A stretch of DNA of 64,000 nucleotides from Camelus dromedarius. Its lineage: Eukaryota. Positions within the stretch are counted from its first letter, which is position 1, and every line of letters starts with the position of its first letter. Shown here piece by piece: positions 51,928 through 64,000 of this stretch. The notes under the pieces were generated by a model. That model did not search any database. It worked only from the letters and a program-made list of their open reading frames with translations, and had not been told where the DNA came from. The stretch covers positions 114,330,001 through 114,394,000 of the forward strand of contig NC_087437.1 in assembly GCF_036321535.1 (NCBI RefSeq), given 5' to 3'. A program made the position numbers and the translations under genes.

Positions 51928-52070
51928 GGGTGGGGAGGTGGCATAGTTCAACTGGTAGAGTGCATGCTTAGCATGCAAGAGGTCCTGGGTTCGATCCTCA
52001 GTACTGCCATTAAGCAAACAAATAAATAAATAAACCTAGTTATGTTCCCCCTCAAAAAAGGAAAACAAAA
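51928..52070 (+). mobile_element. Vic-1-like SINE
   Basis: catagttcaactggtagagtgcatgcttagcatgcaagaggtcctgggttcgatcc (A/B boxes, AGC anticodon loop) plus aaataaataaacctagttat tail. Confidence 0.9.
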
Positions 52071-52077
52071 TATTTTT

Positions 52078-52381
52078 AAAAAACAGAAACAAACTCACAG
52101 ACATAGAATACAAATTTATGGTTACCAGGGAGGAAAGAGGGTAGGAAGGGATAAATCAGGAGTTCGAGATTTGCAGATACTAACTACTCTGTATATAAAA
52201 TAGATAAACAGCAAGTTTCTACCATATAGCACAGGGAACTATATTCAATATCTTGTAGTAACTTATGATGAAAAAAATATGAACAGGAATATACGTGTAT
52301 ATATATGTATGACTGTATCCTGGACACCAGAAATTGACACAGCATTGTAAACTAACTGTATTTCAATTAAAAACAAAAAAA
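52078..52381 (+). mobile_element. L1 3' end (cetartiodactyl type)
   Basis: aaactcacagacatagaa ... gagttcgagatttgcagatac ... agcacagggaactatattcaatatcttgta ... ttcaattaaaa. Confidence 0.92.
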
Positions 52382-53479
52382 CCTCGGTAGGGTTCCCAGT
52401 GCTTACCCAAGAAAACACATTGTTTATGGAGGCAAGCAAGAGTGTTTTCCCATGAGGCCTTCACTCCGCTCTCTTCTTACTACCCACCCTTCCTTATCCT
52501 GACTCCTCATACCCCACACAGGTGCACACTTTTCATTCCATGAACACTGAATTTCTTAATTTCTACCACTCAGGGACTTTCTCTGCCTGTGCTGAAGCCT
52601 CCAACTCAGTGCCGTTCCTAATCCGTTTCCTCTCCAGACAAATCTCTCTAATTTCTCAAGACCCAGCTCACGGCACTTCCTTGGTAAAGTCTTTCCAGAT
52701 TATCCCAGACAGACATATGGATCCACCCTTGGTGCTCCAGACCCCTTTGGTTCAACTCCTGTAACATCAAGTACCCTGCTAAACTACCTTCTAACTGCCC
52801 ATCCAACTCTCCTGCTGGAGCACCAGCAGCTCAAGGCCAAACTCATACCAGATTCTCAAAAATATCTGTTGGATGAATAGAAGGAAGAGAAAATGGATGG
52901 ACAAGGGAATGAAATACACAAGGGAATGGAAAAGAAGGAGGCAGAGAGGAGAACTGACCTGGAGTCAAGAAGCCTATATTTCTTCACCTGTTGATACAAC
53001 AAACGTGTATTGGGAGTAACTGTAGTTTCAAGGCCTCGTGTAAGGCATAATGAGGACAAATAAGACATACTGCTGACCCCCGCTAGAAAGCTCACAGGCC
53101 AGTAAGGAACACAGACAAGCCAATACACAAGCTCATTAAAATCTGTAAAGTCCAGGGGAAGTGTACATGTGGTGCTATGATATATTATAGGATAATTAGC
53201 CAAAACAGTCCAGGAGGGTCAAGTTGAAAGCTGAATCCTAAAACATGAGTGTGGCTGGAAGCAATTCACAATTCCAGTAGAGCAACAGAATGCACAAAGG
53301 CAGGAACATAAAGAAAAGCTTGGGCAAAGAATTGGAAAAGAATGCTGAGGTGTAGGTCAGCGTGCAGGCAGGAGAGATGGGGCTGGAGAGATGGGGCTTG
53401 AGAGAGGAGCAGGTGGCCAAGAAGGTGTCTAGAGTAACTAGGGAGGTGAGAGTAACCAGAGAGAAAGCTCTCACTGAAC

Positions 53480-53930
53480 CCCGGGCCTTTGCACATGCTA
53501 TTCCTGTTACTTAGAATAAGCTCAGCTTCCTCCAGCCAAATCTTGCCCCTTCAGTTAGAGGTTTCAGTCACCCAACACTTTCCCTCTACAATACTCATCA
53601 AAATTCATTGAACTATTCTATTTATTGGGGGGGGGATAACTAGGTTTTGCTTTTTTGTTGTTTTTTGTTTGTTTGTTTGTTTGTTTTGATGCAGGTACTA
53701 GGGATTGAACCCAGGAACTCGTGCATGCTAAGCATGTGATCTACCACTGAACAATACTCTCCTCCCCTGAGCTATTCTATTTAATTTCTGACAGCCCCAG
53801 TAAACTGGAAGATTCTCCAGGGCAGGCATTGTATGTGTCTTGTTCATCATTGTATTCCTAACATCTAGAAGGAGCCCGGCCTTTAGTGAGCCCTCCATAA
53901 ATACTGGTTAAATGGATGCAAGAAATGCAT
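53480..53930 (+). mobile_element. L2 fragment interrupted by a SINE
   Basis: gggcctttgcacatgctattcc ... tgtgtcttgttcatcattgtattccta ... ataaatactggttaaatggatg. Confidence 0.7.
53625..53767 (-). mobile_element. Vic-1-like SINE
   Basis: gggattgaacccaggaactcgtgcatgctaagcatgtgatctaccactga; TSD tga(a/g)ctattctattta at 53609-24 and 53768-83. Confidence 0.92.
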
Positions 53931-55585
53931 GGTCTTGTTGACCAAATCTCTCTGCTGACTCTCAGACATGATGTGGCTCCCAGCAAACCATGGCCATTTA
54001 CCAAGCCTTGGCTTCTTTGCCAAATGGAGCTGTTGAACTGAGTGAACACTAAGGATGTCTCTAACTCAAAAAGTCAACAATTTTTACATTGCAGTAGCTC
54101 CAAAGCCGTAATGACCCATGGCAAGGAGTTCTTTGGTGATACTACGTTGGAGGAAAGAACTCAGCACCATTCACTTCCAGGATTGTGGTCTCACTGAACT
54201 GGTCCTGAGGGAAGCGTGTGCCAAGTCCACACTTGACTTTATTAGATGCGAAAACAAAGTCAGAGTTGAAAGGAGAGGTGACCTCTCCGGAGCAAATAAA
54301 CTGATTAAGTGAGTCCCTAAAAGATGGATATGGAGAGCCCAATGTTTTCCACTTTCAAGTTTAAAATGCCCAGAAAGACTGTCCCTCCAGCCAAACCCGA
54401 AGAAGAACTCAAGGTGCCACCTGCAGCAAAAAGCCACGTGGTCTGCTCAATGTCCGGGAGCTTTGGAACGTTGGAAACAAATTAAGCCATGATTTAAGTA
54501 ATTCCATCTATGTGTTTCCAGAGATTAATTATATTTATTGTATCTGACACCAGTCAGGGATAGCAAGCATCTTTTGAGAGTCTTGCAACAAAAGTTAAAA
54601 AGCATTACTCGTAATAGTTGATTTTGTTTTATTACATCTGACTCAGCCAAAGGTAGACAGCACTTAGAGCTGTCTGTGGACATTAATGTTTGGAGAGCAA
54701 CACAGACAGCTCCCCTGTCTGGCCTCTGACCGGCACCTGCACATGCAGCCATCCCCTCTCAGTATATGGACAGAGGAGTAGGGGCAGGGAGGCAGGTCAA
54801 CACCCAGAGAATCTGTTGTGCAGCCACCATATCCCAAGCACAGGCCTAGGCATTGCATTATCCACAGAGGATCCCCACCCTCCAGGGATGCACAGGGGTT
54901 CATAACAGTCCCATAAAAATGATGTTATACATCATAAGACAGGTAAGATGATCGCGGGATGACAATGTGGACAGAAGAGAAAGGTGAGCTGAGTTGGGAG
55001 CAATCAGGAAAGGAGGTGGTGCAGGAGATGAGTTAGCAAACAAGAGGTGTCTCTTAGGAAGACACTAATGGGAATTGATTTGGGGTGCCAAGAATAGCAT
55101 GAGCAAGGTGGGAAACTGAGGCAGGATAGAGCATGTTGAGGCAAAGCTTTAGATGGCATGTATCCAGGTGGGGAACTAACACACAGTGGGACAGGAAAGA
55201 AGGAGCCTGTGGTTGAAGGCCAATACTTCCTGAAGAGACAGCATATGTTTGGTGGTCAATAAGGAGCGTGCATGCCCTTGAACAAAGGAGTAAGAAAGAG
55301 CTACACTCCAGGAAGATTAATGCAGGGATAGTGTTAGGTATGCAGCCAGCAAGGCCTTTAGGAAATTGCCTTCCATGGCCTGACTGGGAAACCATTTCTC
55401 TAGAACACAGGCACATGTGGTGATTAGGGCCTGCAGTGTTGCTTCAGGACTATGGAAATTAACATGGTGGGCTTGGCAAATCTCAGTCAGCTGGCCTGGG
55501 AACCAACTCTTATGTGCCCACAGAAAATGCAATTTTGAATTTTAAGCCATTGACTTAGAAACAATATTCAAAGACAGTCCACTTG

Positions 55586-55802
55586 ATTAACAGATACACA
55601 CTACTGTATATAAAACAGATAAACAACAAGGACCTACTGTATAGCACAGGGAACTATATTCAATTTCTTGTAATGAGCTGTAATGGAAAAGAATCTGAAA
55701 TATATATATGTATGTATATGTATAACTGAATCGCTTTGCTGTACACTAACATTGAAAATAGACTACACTTCAATAAAAAAAAAAAAGAACAACAACAAAA
55801 AA
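55586..55802 (+). mobile_element. 5'-truncated L1 3' end
   Basis: caaggacctactgtatagcacagggaactatattcaa ... poly-A; TSD aaagacag(t/c)cca(c/t)ttg at 55570-85 and 55803-18. Confidence 0.93.
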
Positions 55803-56709
55803 AAAGACAGCCCATTTGTGAGTTGTGGATGTCAGAGATTTGTGTCATATCTGGTGCTTTCACCCTTCAAGAACCTGCAATCTAGTGGAAAGATGAAAAT
55901 ATTTTGGACAAAGGAACCAAGGGATCCAAGCATGAGGGCGTTTACATCCCCCCGTGCCCACGACCTCTCAGAACAAGAACACAACCCACCAGGGAGGCCC
56001 GCCCACTACGTACACAGTGGTCTGTCTCCATAAGCCTCAAAAAATTAGCACAGATGTGTAATGTCTCTAGAATTCATAAGATCTTCACAGAGTTAATGTT
56101 ACTGGGAAATTGTTCTCTCTTTTTAGAACATTAGTCCCTGAGGACAGAGTACAGAAGGGAGAAACTTGTTTTTTTTATGAACTTCCTAAGAAAGCCGATA
56201 CACCCTAATGCCCACGTAGTTACGCGATTCCACTGCATCTGCCCCTCGTCTGTTTACTTTGAAACCACCAATCTAAACCTTCTTGGGACACTCAATGCAA
56301 AGTAATAATAAAAGTCTCTTCACTTTTATTTGGTTTAAAGAGGAAAAGTGGCAGAAGATGGGAAAAAGATCTCAGTTAAGGATTAAGAAAATATGGCAGA
56401 AATTACCATTTATGCAAAATGAGTCAAGATTGGATCTCTGTATCTGTGCATTGTCAATGGATTCTTTTTTCTTCACAAGAAAGATATTTATGCCTTTCTT
56501 CCCTGCGTATTTCTAGATCCATCATCAATACCCTGTATTTTTTGGGCCAAGTATAAATTCTTAAACATCATAAGAAGTTTCTACTACTGATCTTTGAAAA
56601 ACTATATAACTCAAAATATACAATAAAACTGTATGATAAAGTTATGGATGCTAGCATAAATAGGCATATATACCTATTTACATGTGTTTTGAGAAATGCA
56701 TGCTTATAC

Positions 56710-57060
56710 TTTTTTAACTTTTTATTTCAACATAATTTCAGACTTCTGGGAAAGATGAAGAATTATATAATGAATTTAGAATTTCCATATACCTTTCACC
56801 TAGCTTCTCCAAATATTACCATTTATCGTGTGTGTGAATACATACATAAGTCACAGACATGAAGCCACTCCTATCCCTAAGTGCTGAAGTTTGTGTCTCC
56901 TAAACCCAAGAACCACAATGTAATTATCAAAGTAAGAAAATTAACGATACCATTTTTCAGCACCTCTTACGCAGACTTTACTCAGACTTTGTCAATTGTC
57001 CCAATAGTGCCCTCGAGAGGAAAAGGAAACCCAGGACGGCCACACACAGGGCTTGCTCGT
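56710..57060 (-). mobile_element. Old L1 (L1MB/ME) 3' end
   Basis: aacttttatttcaacataatttcagactt ... ccatatacctttcacctagctt ... aattgtcccaatagtgcc. Confidence 0.7.
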
Positions 57061-57299
57061 CTGCTCAGCAGTACCAGCCATCTTCACGTGTAAAGAGCAG
57101 AGAAACCGTCACCATCAGCAGAGTCTCAGAAACCATCGTTCCCTCGAGCTCTGCCCGAGGACTCGCTAGGGCAAGCGCTTTAGACAACCTGAACGGCCAG
57201 AGAAGCGTGCACAGAAGGGCAGGTGGTGAGCTTTGTAACACGCAGTTACTTGAGGAACTAAAACTTAAGGAAGGTTAAAAGGGAGACCCTATAGTATAT

Positions 57300-58560
57300 A
57301 TGACTATGCAGACGTAGATCTGACTACAAGGATACAGTAAAGCTATAAAAAAGAGAGGGAGAATGAAGGTAGCATGTGTGACAAAATAAAGTTGACTGTT
57401 TCCAGGTATTGTAATTGGTGGTAACAGTATTACGCTGTTCTTCTGAGACTGCCGCGTGTGTACATTATGGGATATAAAGCAAGTGAGTAATTACGGATGG
57501 TCTAAGTCTAGCGCTCTCATTCTGCGTGCTTGAGATCTCGGGGTTTTGGTGTGAAATAAAGGAGATACAGATGCAAAACTGAGGAGGTAAAGTAAAAACC
57601 CTGTAGTCTTGAACTTGAATTAGAAATCAGTGTGAATTCACAAGGCATTTTATCTTAGATAATAGATAGGCAGATAAACAGATGTAGATGTTTGTGTGTT
57701 TTCCTTGCTGTATCCACTGGAAAAGCCTGGAAACCGTGATCAACCCAGCTCTAGACTCACATTAAAAAGACACAAGAGCAACTGGTCATAGAGGCCTAAC
57801 TTGAAGAGCTTCTCTGCATCAAAGATGAGACAGTGTGAACTCCCATAAGGATGAGAAAAGCAAGAGACTGAAAAGCATCAAATATATTTAAATCCCTAAG
57901 CTCATAGTGACATGTTTTAAAAACCTAACTGGTCAAATTTCAAGGATGACCAAGGAACCAATACATTATCTTGAAAACTAAGGAAGTAAAAGGAAAGTGC
58001 CAAACATTTATCTTACCTTTGTATACGAACTACACCACTAGGTAAACAAATAGTAGATGAAAGACAGTATCTCCTTATAAATTATCTTGGCTAATAAATG
58101 AAAACAAAACAATGGAATTAGAACATCACCCTTCTGGAGCCCCCAGTGAATGAACAGATCTAGGCAATGTGTATCGCATCAAAGCCAAGGGAGAAATGAG
58201 CATGTGTGTGATGGATGAACACGGTACCACCTCAGTCTGCTAGCCCAGGGGCTGGGCCTGAACCTGGTGAGACCTCTGGATCCAGCCTCCAACTTATAGG
58301 AGGACCAAGAACAGAGGAGCACGTTCGACTGCACCATGAGTGTGCCATCAGCAAAATCTGCAGGTCAGATGGCCCAAGCTCTTCAAGGTTATATATAAAA
58401 TCTTTCTTTAATGGGCAAAACTCTAATATTTAGGGCTGCACACTTTGGATGAAACCATAGAGACGCAACAAGCTTATTATCATGAAATCCATAAAACTGA
58501 TTCCTTTCGGTAGGAGTGAGGGAGTTTCTAGAGCAACTAGCAAAGTTCTGTTACAATAAA
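57300..58560 (+). mobile_element. L1MC/MD-type 3' region
   Basis: gtaaaaaccctgtagtcttgaacttgaattagaaatcagt ... ttggctaataaatg ... ctctggatccagc ... ggctgcacactttggatgaaacc. Confidence 0.7.
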
Positions 58561-58579
58561 ATGGTTTGAAAATACCTTT

Positions 58580-58712
58580 GAGGGTGGGTGGGTGTGAGTA
58601 GAGCTCAGTGGTAGAGGGCGAGCTTAGCATGCACGAGGTCCTGGGTTCAATCCCCAGTGTCTCTATTAAAAAAAGTTTTTTTAGAAACCTTTAATTGCAT
58701 TATTTATAAAAA
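58580..58712 (+). mobile_element. Vic-1-like SINE with atypical 3' end
   Basis: gagctcagtggtagag ... cttagcatgcacgaggtcctgggttcaatcccc; perfect TSD gaaaataccttt at 58568-79 and 58713-24. Confidence 0.9.
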
Positions 58713-59754
58713 GAAAATACCTTTAAAAATCAAAAAACAAGATAGATGTTGTTTTAAAAAGACTTTCCAGAACAGGAATCCATTAAGATTACAATATACA
58801 ACATGGGGAAACCCTTACAATAGCCAACTCTATATAAAATAAATGTCAGAAGAAGTCTTGAAGCTTGCACTCCAAACCATGAACTGTGAACAGTGGGTGG
58901 TACTGATGGGGCTGGGAGTAAGATGAAGAGGGAGCCAGAAGCCACAGCACAAGAGGACTTTCACTTTTAGCTTGATGTATTTGTACATTGTTTTCATTTT
59001 TACAAGCAACTTTTCATGTATTGTTTATATAGATTAAATGACTCCATCAATCAAGGAGTGAGTGAGTGAACTAAGAAATGTGCGAGCTAGTGGGTGAGCA
59101 ATAGTGGGTGAGCAAGTGAGTGAGTGAGTGTGGGAGGGAGGGCGGGAGGGAGCAAATGAATGGAGAAAGAGAAAGTACCCAGTATGGTAGGCAAGTCCAC
59201 CCTAATAGAAAAGTCTCCATAAAATCATGTTTACTAAACCACAGGGGAAAAACAGAACATGAGAAGTCTAGTCAACCCAGATATTTCACAGCCTGCATAT
59301 TAGAAGATCCTTAAATTTCTAGTCATGGATTCAATGAGATTATGTGCTAAAATTTTACAAATGAAAAATTTACAAGGAAACCAGATGACAGATCAGTCAA
59401 GTCTGAATTTAGAACCAAGGGCCACTTTGAAAGATCCTGTGTACCCATCCTAACACCACCCTGCCTGCTCTCCCCTAATCGTGAATTCCTAGCAGGAAGT
59501 CTTGCTAGCCTTTTAAATTTCATCATCCCCAGGGAATTCTAAAGCACACCTCTGCATCCACCCAGAACTGCAAACATTCCGTTTAAACACAGAACCACAG
59601 CCTCCAAATCATGACCACCCAGTGTCCGAATTCAGAGCAGAGAGGTGTGCTTTCCAAGTGGAAGCAACTGGAAACTAACTCTACCTCCAACCAAGTTTCT
59701 TCAAGTCACCATATTTATCTCTGGGAATTCAAGGTTCTGGAAAGCTTGTCACAA

Positions 59755-59928
59755 GGAGAGCGAGCTGCTTAACTTTTCTGGGCTTCAGTCAGCGTCTTCA
59801 TCTGTAAAATGGAAGGAATTTATCACCCATCATAGAGGGGGCATGTAGCCTCAATGAGAGAATGATGTGAAATGCTCCATGTGGTGCCTGCTTCGTAGCA
59901 AATGCTCAGCGGGTGTTTGCTGTAATTA
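59755..59928 (+). mobile_element. MIR SINE
   Basis: gcttaacttttctgggcttcag ... ttcatctgtaaaatgg ... gtgcctg ... aaatgctca. Confidence 0.75.
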
Positions 59929-60512
59929 TTTATTTTTATTAAGGTGAAGTTCACATAACATAAAATTAGCCAATTTAAGGTGCACAATTCAGTGGCATTT
60001 AGTACGGTCACAGACAGTGTTGTGCAACCACCTTACTCTAGATCCAAAACATCTTCATTATCCAACAAACGCCCCTTATTCACTAAGCAGTTAACTCCCT
60101 ATTTCCCTCCCCACCACCCCAGCAACCACTAATTTGCTTTCTGTCTCTACAGCTTTACCCATTCTGGATAAATCATATAAATGGAATCATACAATACATG
60201 ACCTTTTGTGTCTGGCTTCTTTCACTTAGCATAATGTTTTCAAGATTTCTCTGTATTATCATGTGCATCAATATTTCATTCCTTTTTAAGGCTGAATAAT
60301 ATTCCATTGTATGTATATACCATAATTTGTTTATCTGTTCATCTACTGACAACATTTGGATTGCTTCCACCTTTTGACAGTCATGAATAGTGCTGCCATG
60401 AACACTCATGTACATATATTTAAGGAACTGTTTTCAATTCTTTTGGGAATAAACTTAGGAGTGAAATTGCTGGGGCATATGGTAATTCTTTATCTAACTT
60501 TTTGAGGAACTT
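59929..60512 (-). mobile_element. L1MB-type 3' end
   Basis: cacataacataaaatt ... cagcaaccactaatttgctttctgtctcta ... ggctgaataatattccattgtatg ... ggagtgaaattgctgg; ORF 60173-60415 is an ORF2 C-terminal remnant (INKLWYIHTMEYYSALKRNE). Confidence 0.92.
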
Positions 60513-62224
60513 TAAAACTATTATTATTCCTAAAGCGTTCATTTCAGTGCCTGCTAAGAATAGGCACTCTTTGTCAAGGGGGATAAAAATGAATGGGTGG
60601 AATATTCATTGGGAAGGGAGGGGTTTTGAGTCATAGTCCCCAATTTTCATCCCAGCTCCACCTCCCCAAGACGAGGAGGGATTTTTTGCCTTAGTTAGTC
60701 TTTATCGGCAGTGGTGCATGATGGGTACATCTTACCTGCAAGACTAATTTTATTGTATTGAGGGCATAATGAGCAAGAGGTTACATTTGGATGCCAGAGA
60801 TTCCTTCTTATTCCCACCTATCTTTGTCTGCCTCCAGGACACTTGTCACCCCAAAATGTGTGATTTCTTATCAGTCTGGAAATTCTTTTCTTTTTTCCCG
60901 AGGACCCCCATTGTTCACAAGATGCATGGCTTCCTACCACTGGCTGGTGCCCTGCCTTTCTCTGCTTATATCTAGCTATCTGCCTGCTCTAACGGTAAAG
61001 GCAGTTAGAGAAACAAATATAGTAGCCATCTGGAGGAGAAGCAATTAACAGAGCTCATAGAAACACAGATGGAAGGACGGCATAGTAGGCTTCAGAACTA
61101 CCATGCCAGGGCAGAGATTCAAAGAGCAGAACAACATGACAACAATGCCAGAACGTGGAGAAAACGTGCCAGTTATGGAAAGAGGCAGGGTTAAAGGATG
61201 AGACAGGAATGTCAGTTTCATGTCCTTGCCAATATCTTTCATGGCTAATTACACCCTGACAGCCTATAAATTCCTCTAATAGTTTTCAATGAAGAAACCA
61301 TTCTTCTCTCCATCCCCACAACTATTAAGTAGTGTAGCTGGTTTAGACTAGCTTCCAGAATCACCCAAGTGGTGTTGATTAGCATTGGTGGGTGTGGACA
61401 AGGGAGAAAAATAAGAATGCATTCTTCTGAGAGCCTTCTGGGCAAAAAGCACCATGTATGGTAAATATCAGATTCCGCATACAAAATGTCCCTATTTCCC
61501 AACTAAAACAAACATCTGAAGAACACCTCCCTCTCTCTCTCTCTGTCTCTCTTTTTCCTCTGTCTTTTCACGCTCTGCCACCCCTAAGACTAGGAGCCAG
61601 CACAATAGCTACCCTCTCCAAACAACCGACCCTCAAATTCATTTTTCAGTGTCAAGGGATTTATCTTTCTCACCATGAAAAGAGTTCTGGCTCCATATAT
61701 GTCAGCTAAGAAACAAAAATTCAGTCTTTCAAAGACAAAACCTCACTCATCTCCAACCAGCCACTTCTTTCATGGTTTTGGATGAAGTCAATGACAGCTG
61801 ACATTCATATAGTGGGTTTTATCTTCAAAACAATTTACAGACATACAACAAGAAAGAGGATGGGGGTAGTGGGTTGACAAACCACCTTCAAAACCCTATT
61901 CTTCAGGTGGCTGGTCCACACTTGGTTTAAATAAAGCAAGAATGGAAAAAAGGCTCATTCAAAGGGTCTAGTTCTAAGAAGAGAGTGAACTACCTATGGG
62001 GCAAAAGAAAATAAGTAATAAAATAAGTGTCAAGTCCCCAAAAGTGAGCCCATGCCCGCTGAAGGTCACTGACTTCGGAGGCAGGAACAACTCACTTCAA
62101 ACCCTTATCCTGCCATTTACTAGCTCTGCATCCTCTGAGAGCATCAGGCATCCTCCCTGACCCTGCCCTGTCTCATCCCCATGGTTTCCAGAACTATCTC
62201 AAAACTCAACATCCCACCTTAGAT

Positions 62225-62730
62225 TCCTCCTTGGCTTCCCACCGTCCAGGTAAAGGAGGAAGCACTGAGCATGGCCTAGAGCACGCACCACGATCTGACC
62301 TCACAGACTGTTCCCTACTCTGAGCTCCAGCCAGGTCCTCCCTTCAGATATATCCCACTCCACGCCCTTCTCGCTCTCACTCTTTTTCACCTGACCCCAC
62401 CTCCATCTGGACAATTCCTCCTTGCCCTTCAACTCTCCGCTCAAAAATTGCTGCCTGAGAAATCGTCTTGGTCAGATCCGTTGGTTCCATGTGGTTCTAT
62501 GTGGCTCTGTATGTCCACGGAACCATGTCTCTTTCCCCACTGCCCTCCTTTCAGTCTGCACTGATCCCCTTCGCTGTTGTGACTGCTCCTCTAGGGGCCT
62601 GTGGGCCCAATGACAGCGGGCTGTGTCTGCTTTGTTTATCACTACATCCTGACCACAAAGACCAGTGGTGCCTGGCGAAAAGTAGGCACTTGGGTAAATA
62701 GGTGCTGAATGAATGATGAAACGGATGAAT
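62225..62730 (+). mobile_element. L2 3' portion
   Basis: cttggcttcccaccg ... tgtgtctgctttgtttatcact ... gtgcctggcgaaaagtaggcacttgggtaaata ... gaatgaatg. Confidence 0.7.
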
Positions 62731-64000
62731 GTGAAAAGCTATATGACACATCTAACAGGAGCGTATGAGAGGCTTAAGTGTAACCTTAAAAAGAGTACAG
62801 TAGGACAAAATCCCAGGGCCTGACTAGGGGAGGGCAGACGGGCTCCTGTGCCCCAGGTCAGAGTCTTCTAGAAATGCTCCAAAGATCCTGGCCTGGGGCA
62901 CGTCTAGCAAATTCTGTAGGAAGAAGGGATACACATACTTGGGCATCTTCCTCTCTGAGAATCACCCTGAGAATCTTGGGTTTCAAATGGAGGGTCAATG
63001 ATGGGGGCGGTGATGAGTGAAAGAAAGAAGGACACAAAACATTCTAGAGCTTGCAGGAAAAAATATAGATGTGCCAGAGAATATCAAACAGAAATATGGC
63101 CTATTATAGTTTTGCAAAATGAATCAGGAGATTTTCACAAATATTCATGCATTTTACATCTTTTACAAATTATGTAGCCCCTCTACCATCTGAAACACTA
63201 CTGGAAATTTCCAACTATTGGGGAAAAACACAATCCTCCGCCTTTCCTCAAGATGTCTGAGGAAGTGAGACTAGACACGGGTTTTGTGACGTGTTGCAAA
63301 AACCACATCTTGTTTCAGAAGGAAGATGGGAAGAGGTGTGTCCTGCCCGACAACACAGAATTCCTCGGCTGAGAACAGCGACTAGGTCTGTGTCCGGGCT
63401 GTGAGCTGCCAGAAGATGTTTGCCTAAATGCTAAAAGGACTCTATGTGCTTTTTGTGTTTTGATAATTATGCATTCACTTAAAAAAAAAAAAAGACGTGA
63501 GCATTGATCTCATATGTGAATCTACATTTAAAATTAAGCTTTCATGATGCATCTTGAGGGAACTGAAAATCTAACTGTGCAAGGACAGACCCGTCCTGCA
63601 GAAAGACGGGCACCCTCCCCCAAAAGATATCAGTCAGTTCTAGAGCTGAAAGTTTCTTTGTTTCCTTTAAAAACTTCAACTTTAAAGCAATATGCGTGAT
63701 ATTTTGAACCTGCATTCCAACAGAACAATAGCATTCTAAACTCAAGCTTTAAATTAAAGTAAAAAATAAATACGTGGCTGGCTTCTCTTGCCCCAGATCC
63801 AATGACTGAGAACATGTTCAAGAACCTAATCCCATGAAACACACAAGGTGTCACGCATCCAAAGTTCTCCTACCCCTTCCGAAGACCTCACCTGTGTTGC
63901 TCCATCTCCACTCCTTGAACCAGCTCCAAGCCAACCTAGACCTTGTTTTTTCTTTTAAGTTTACTGAACCTTGATCTTTACCCCCAGACATTTTCTTGCC

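Noticed and set aside
51940..52010. tRNA-Ala-like sequence (also at 10.8, 53.7 and 58.6 kb)
   Set aside because: These are SINE heads with tails and TSDs and degenerate stems, not tRNA genes.
59088..59115. tagtgggtgagcaa x2 within a GAGT-rich tract
   Set aside because: Ordinary slippage in low-complexity DNA; not an array, and nothing CRISPR-like is present in the window.
1228..60512. L1 orientation bias (about 10 plus versus 6 minus) suggesting a minus-strand host gene
   Set aside because: Too few elements to be significant, and LTR orientations are mixed.

Overview
This is mammalian genomic DNA, most likely from a camelid (alpaca, llama or camel). The evidence is four tRNA-Ala-derived SINEs matching Vic-1, plus L1 3' ends of the cetartiodactyl type. 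No confidently supported protein-coding gene or RNA gene was found; the window reads as intronic or intergenic. Roughly half is recognisable interspersed repeat: L1 of several ages, L2, MIR, MaLR/ERVL LTRs and hAT MITEs. The main structural points are: (1) a decayed ERVL provirus (LTR16-type LTR, PBS, gag, pol) at ~31.5-35.5 kb, split by an MLT1 LTR with a perfect 5-bp TSD; (2) a candidate minus-strand first exon near 38.6 kb, with TATA/CArG-like element, strong Kozak ATG and AAG|GTAAGA donor; (3) a convergent pair of CTCF motifs at 23.56 and 36.27 kb; (4) several retro-insertions with readable TSDs, including a 29-bp L1 micro-insertion. Repeat family names come from recalled consensus sequences, not a database search, and boundaries are approximate unless a TSD is given. 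I found no evidence of a novel multi-gene system.
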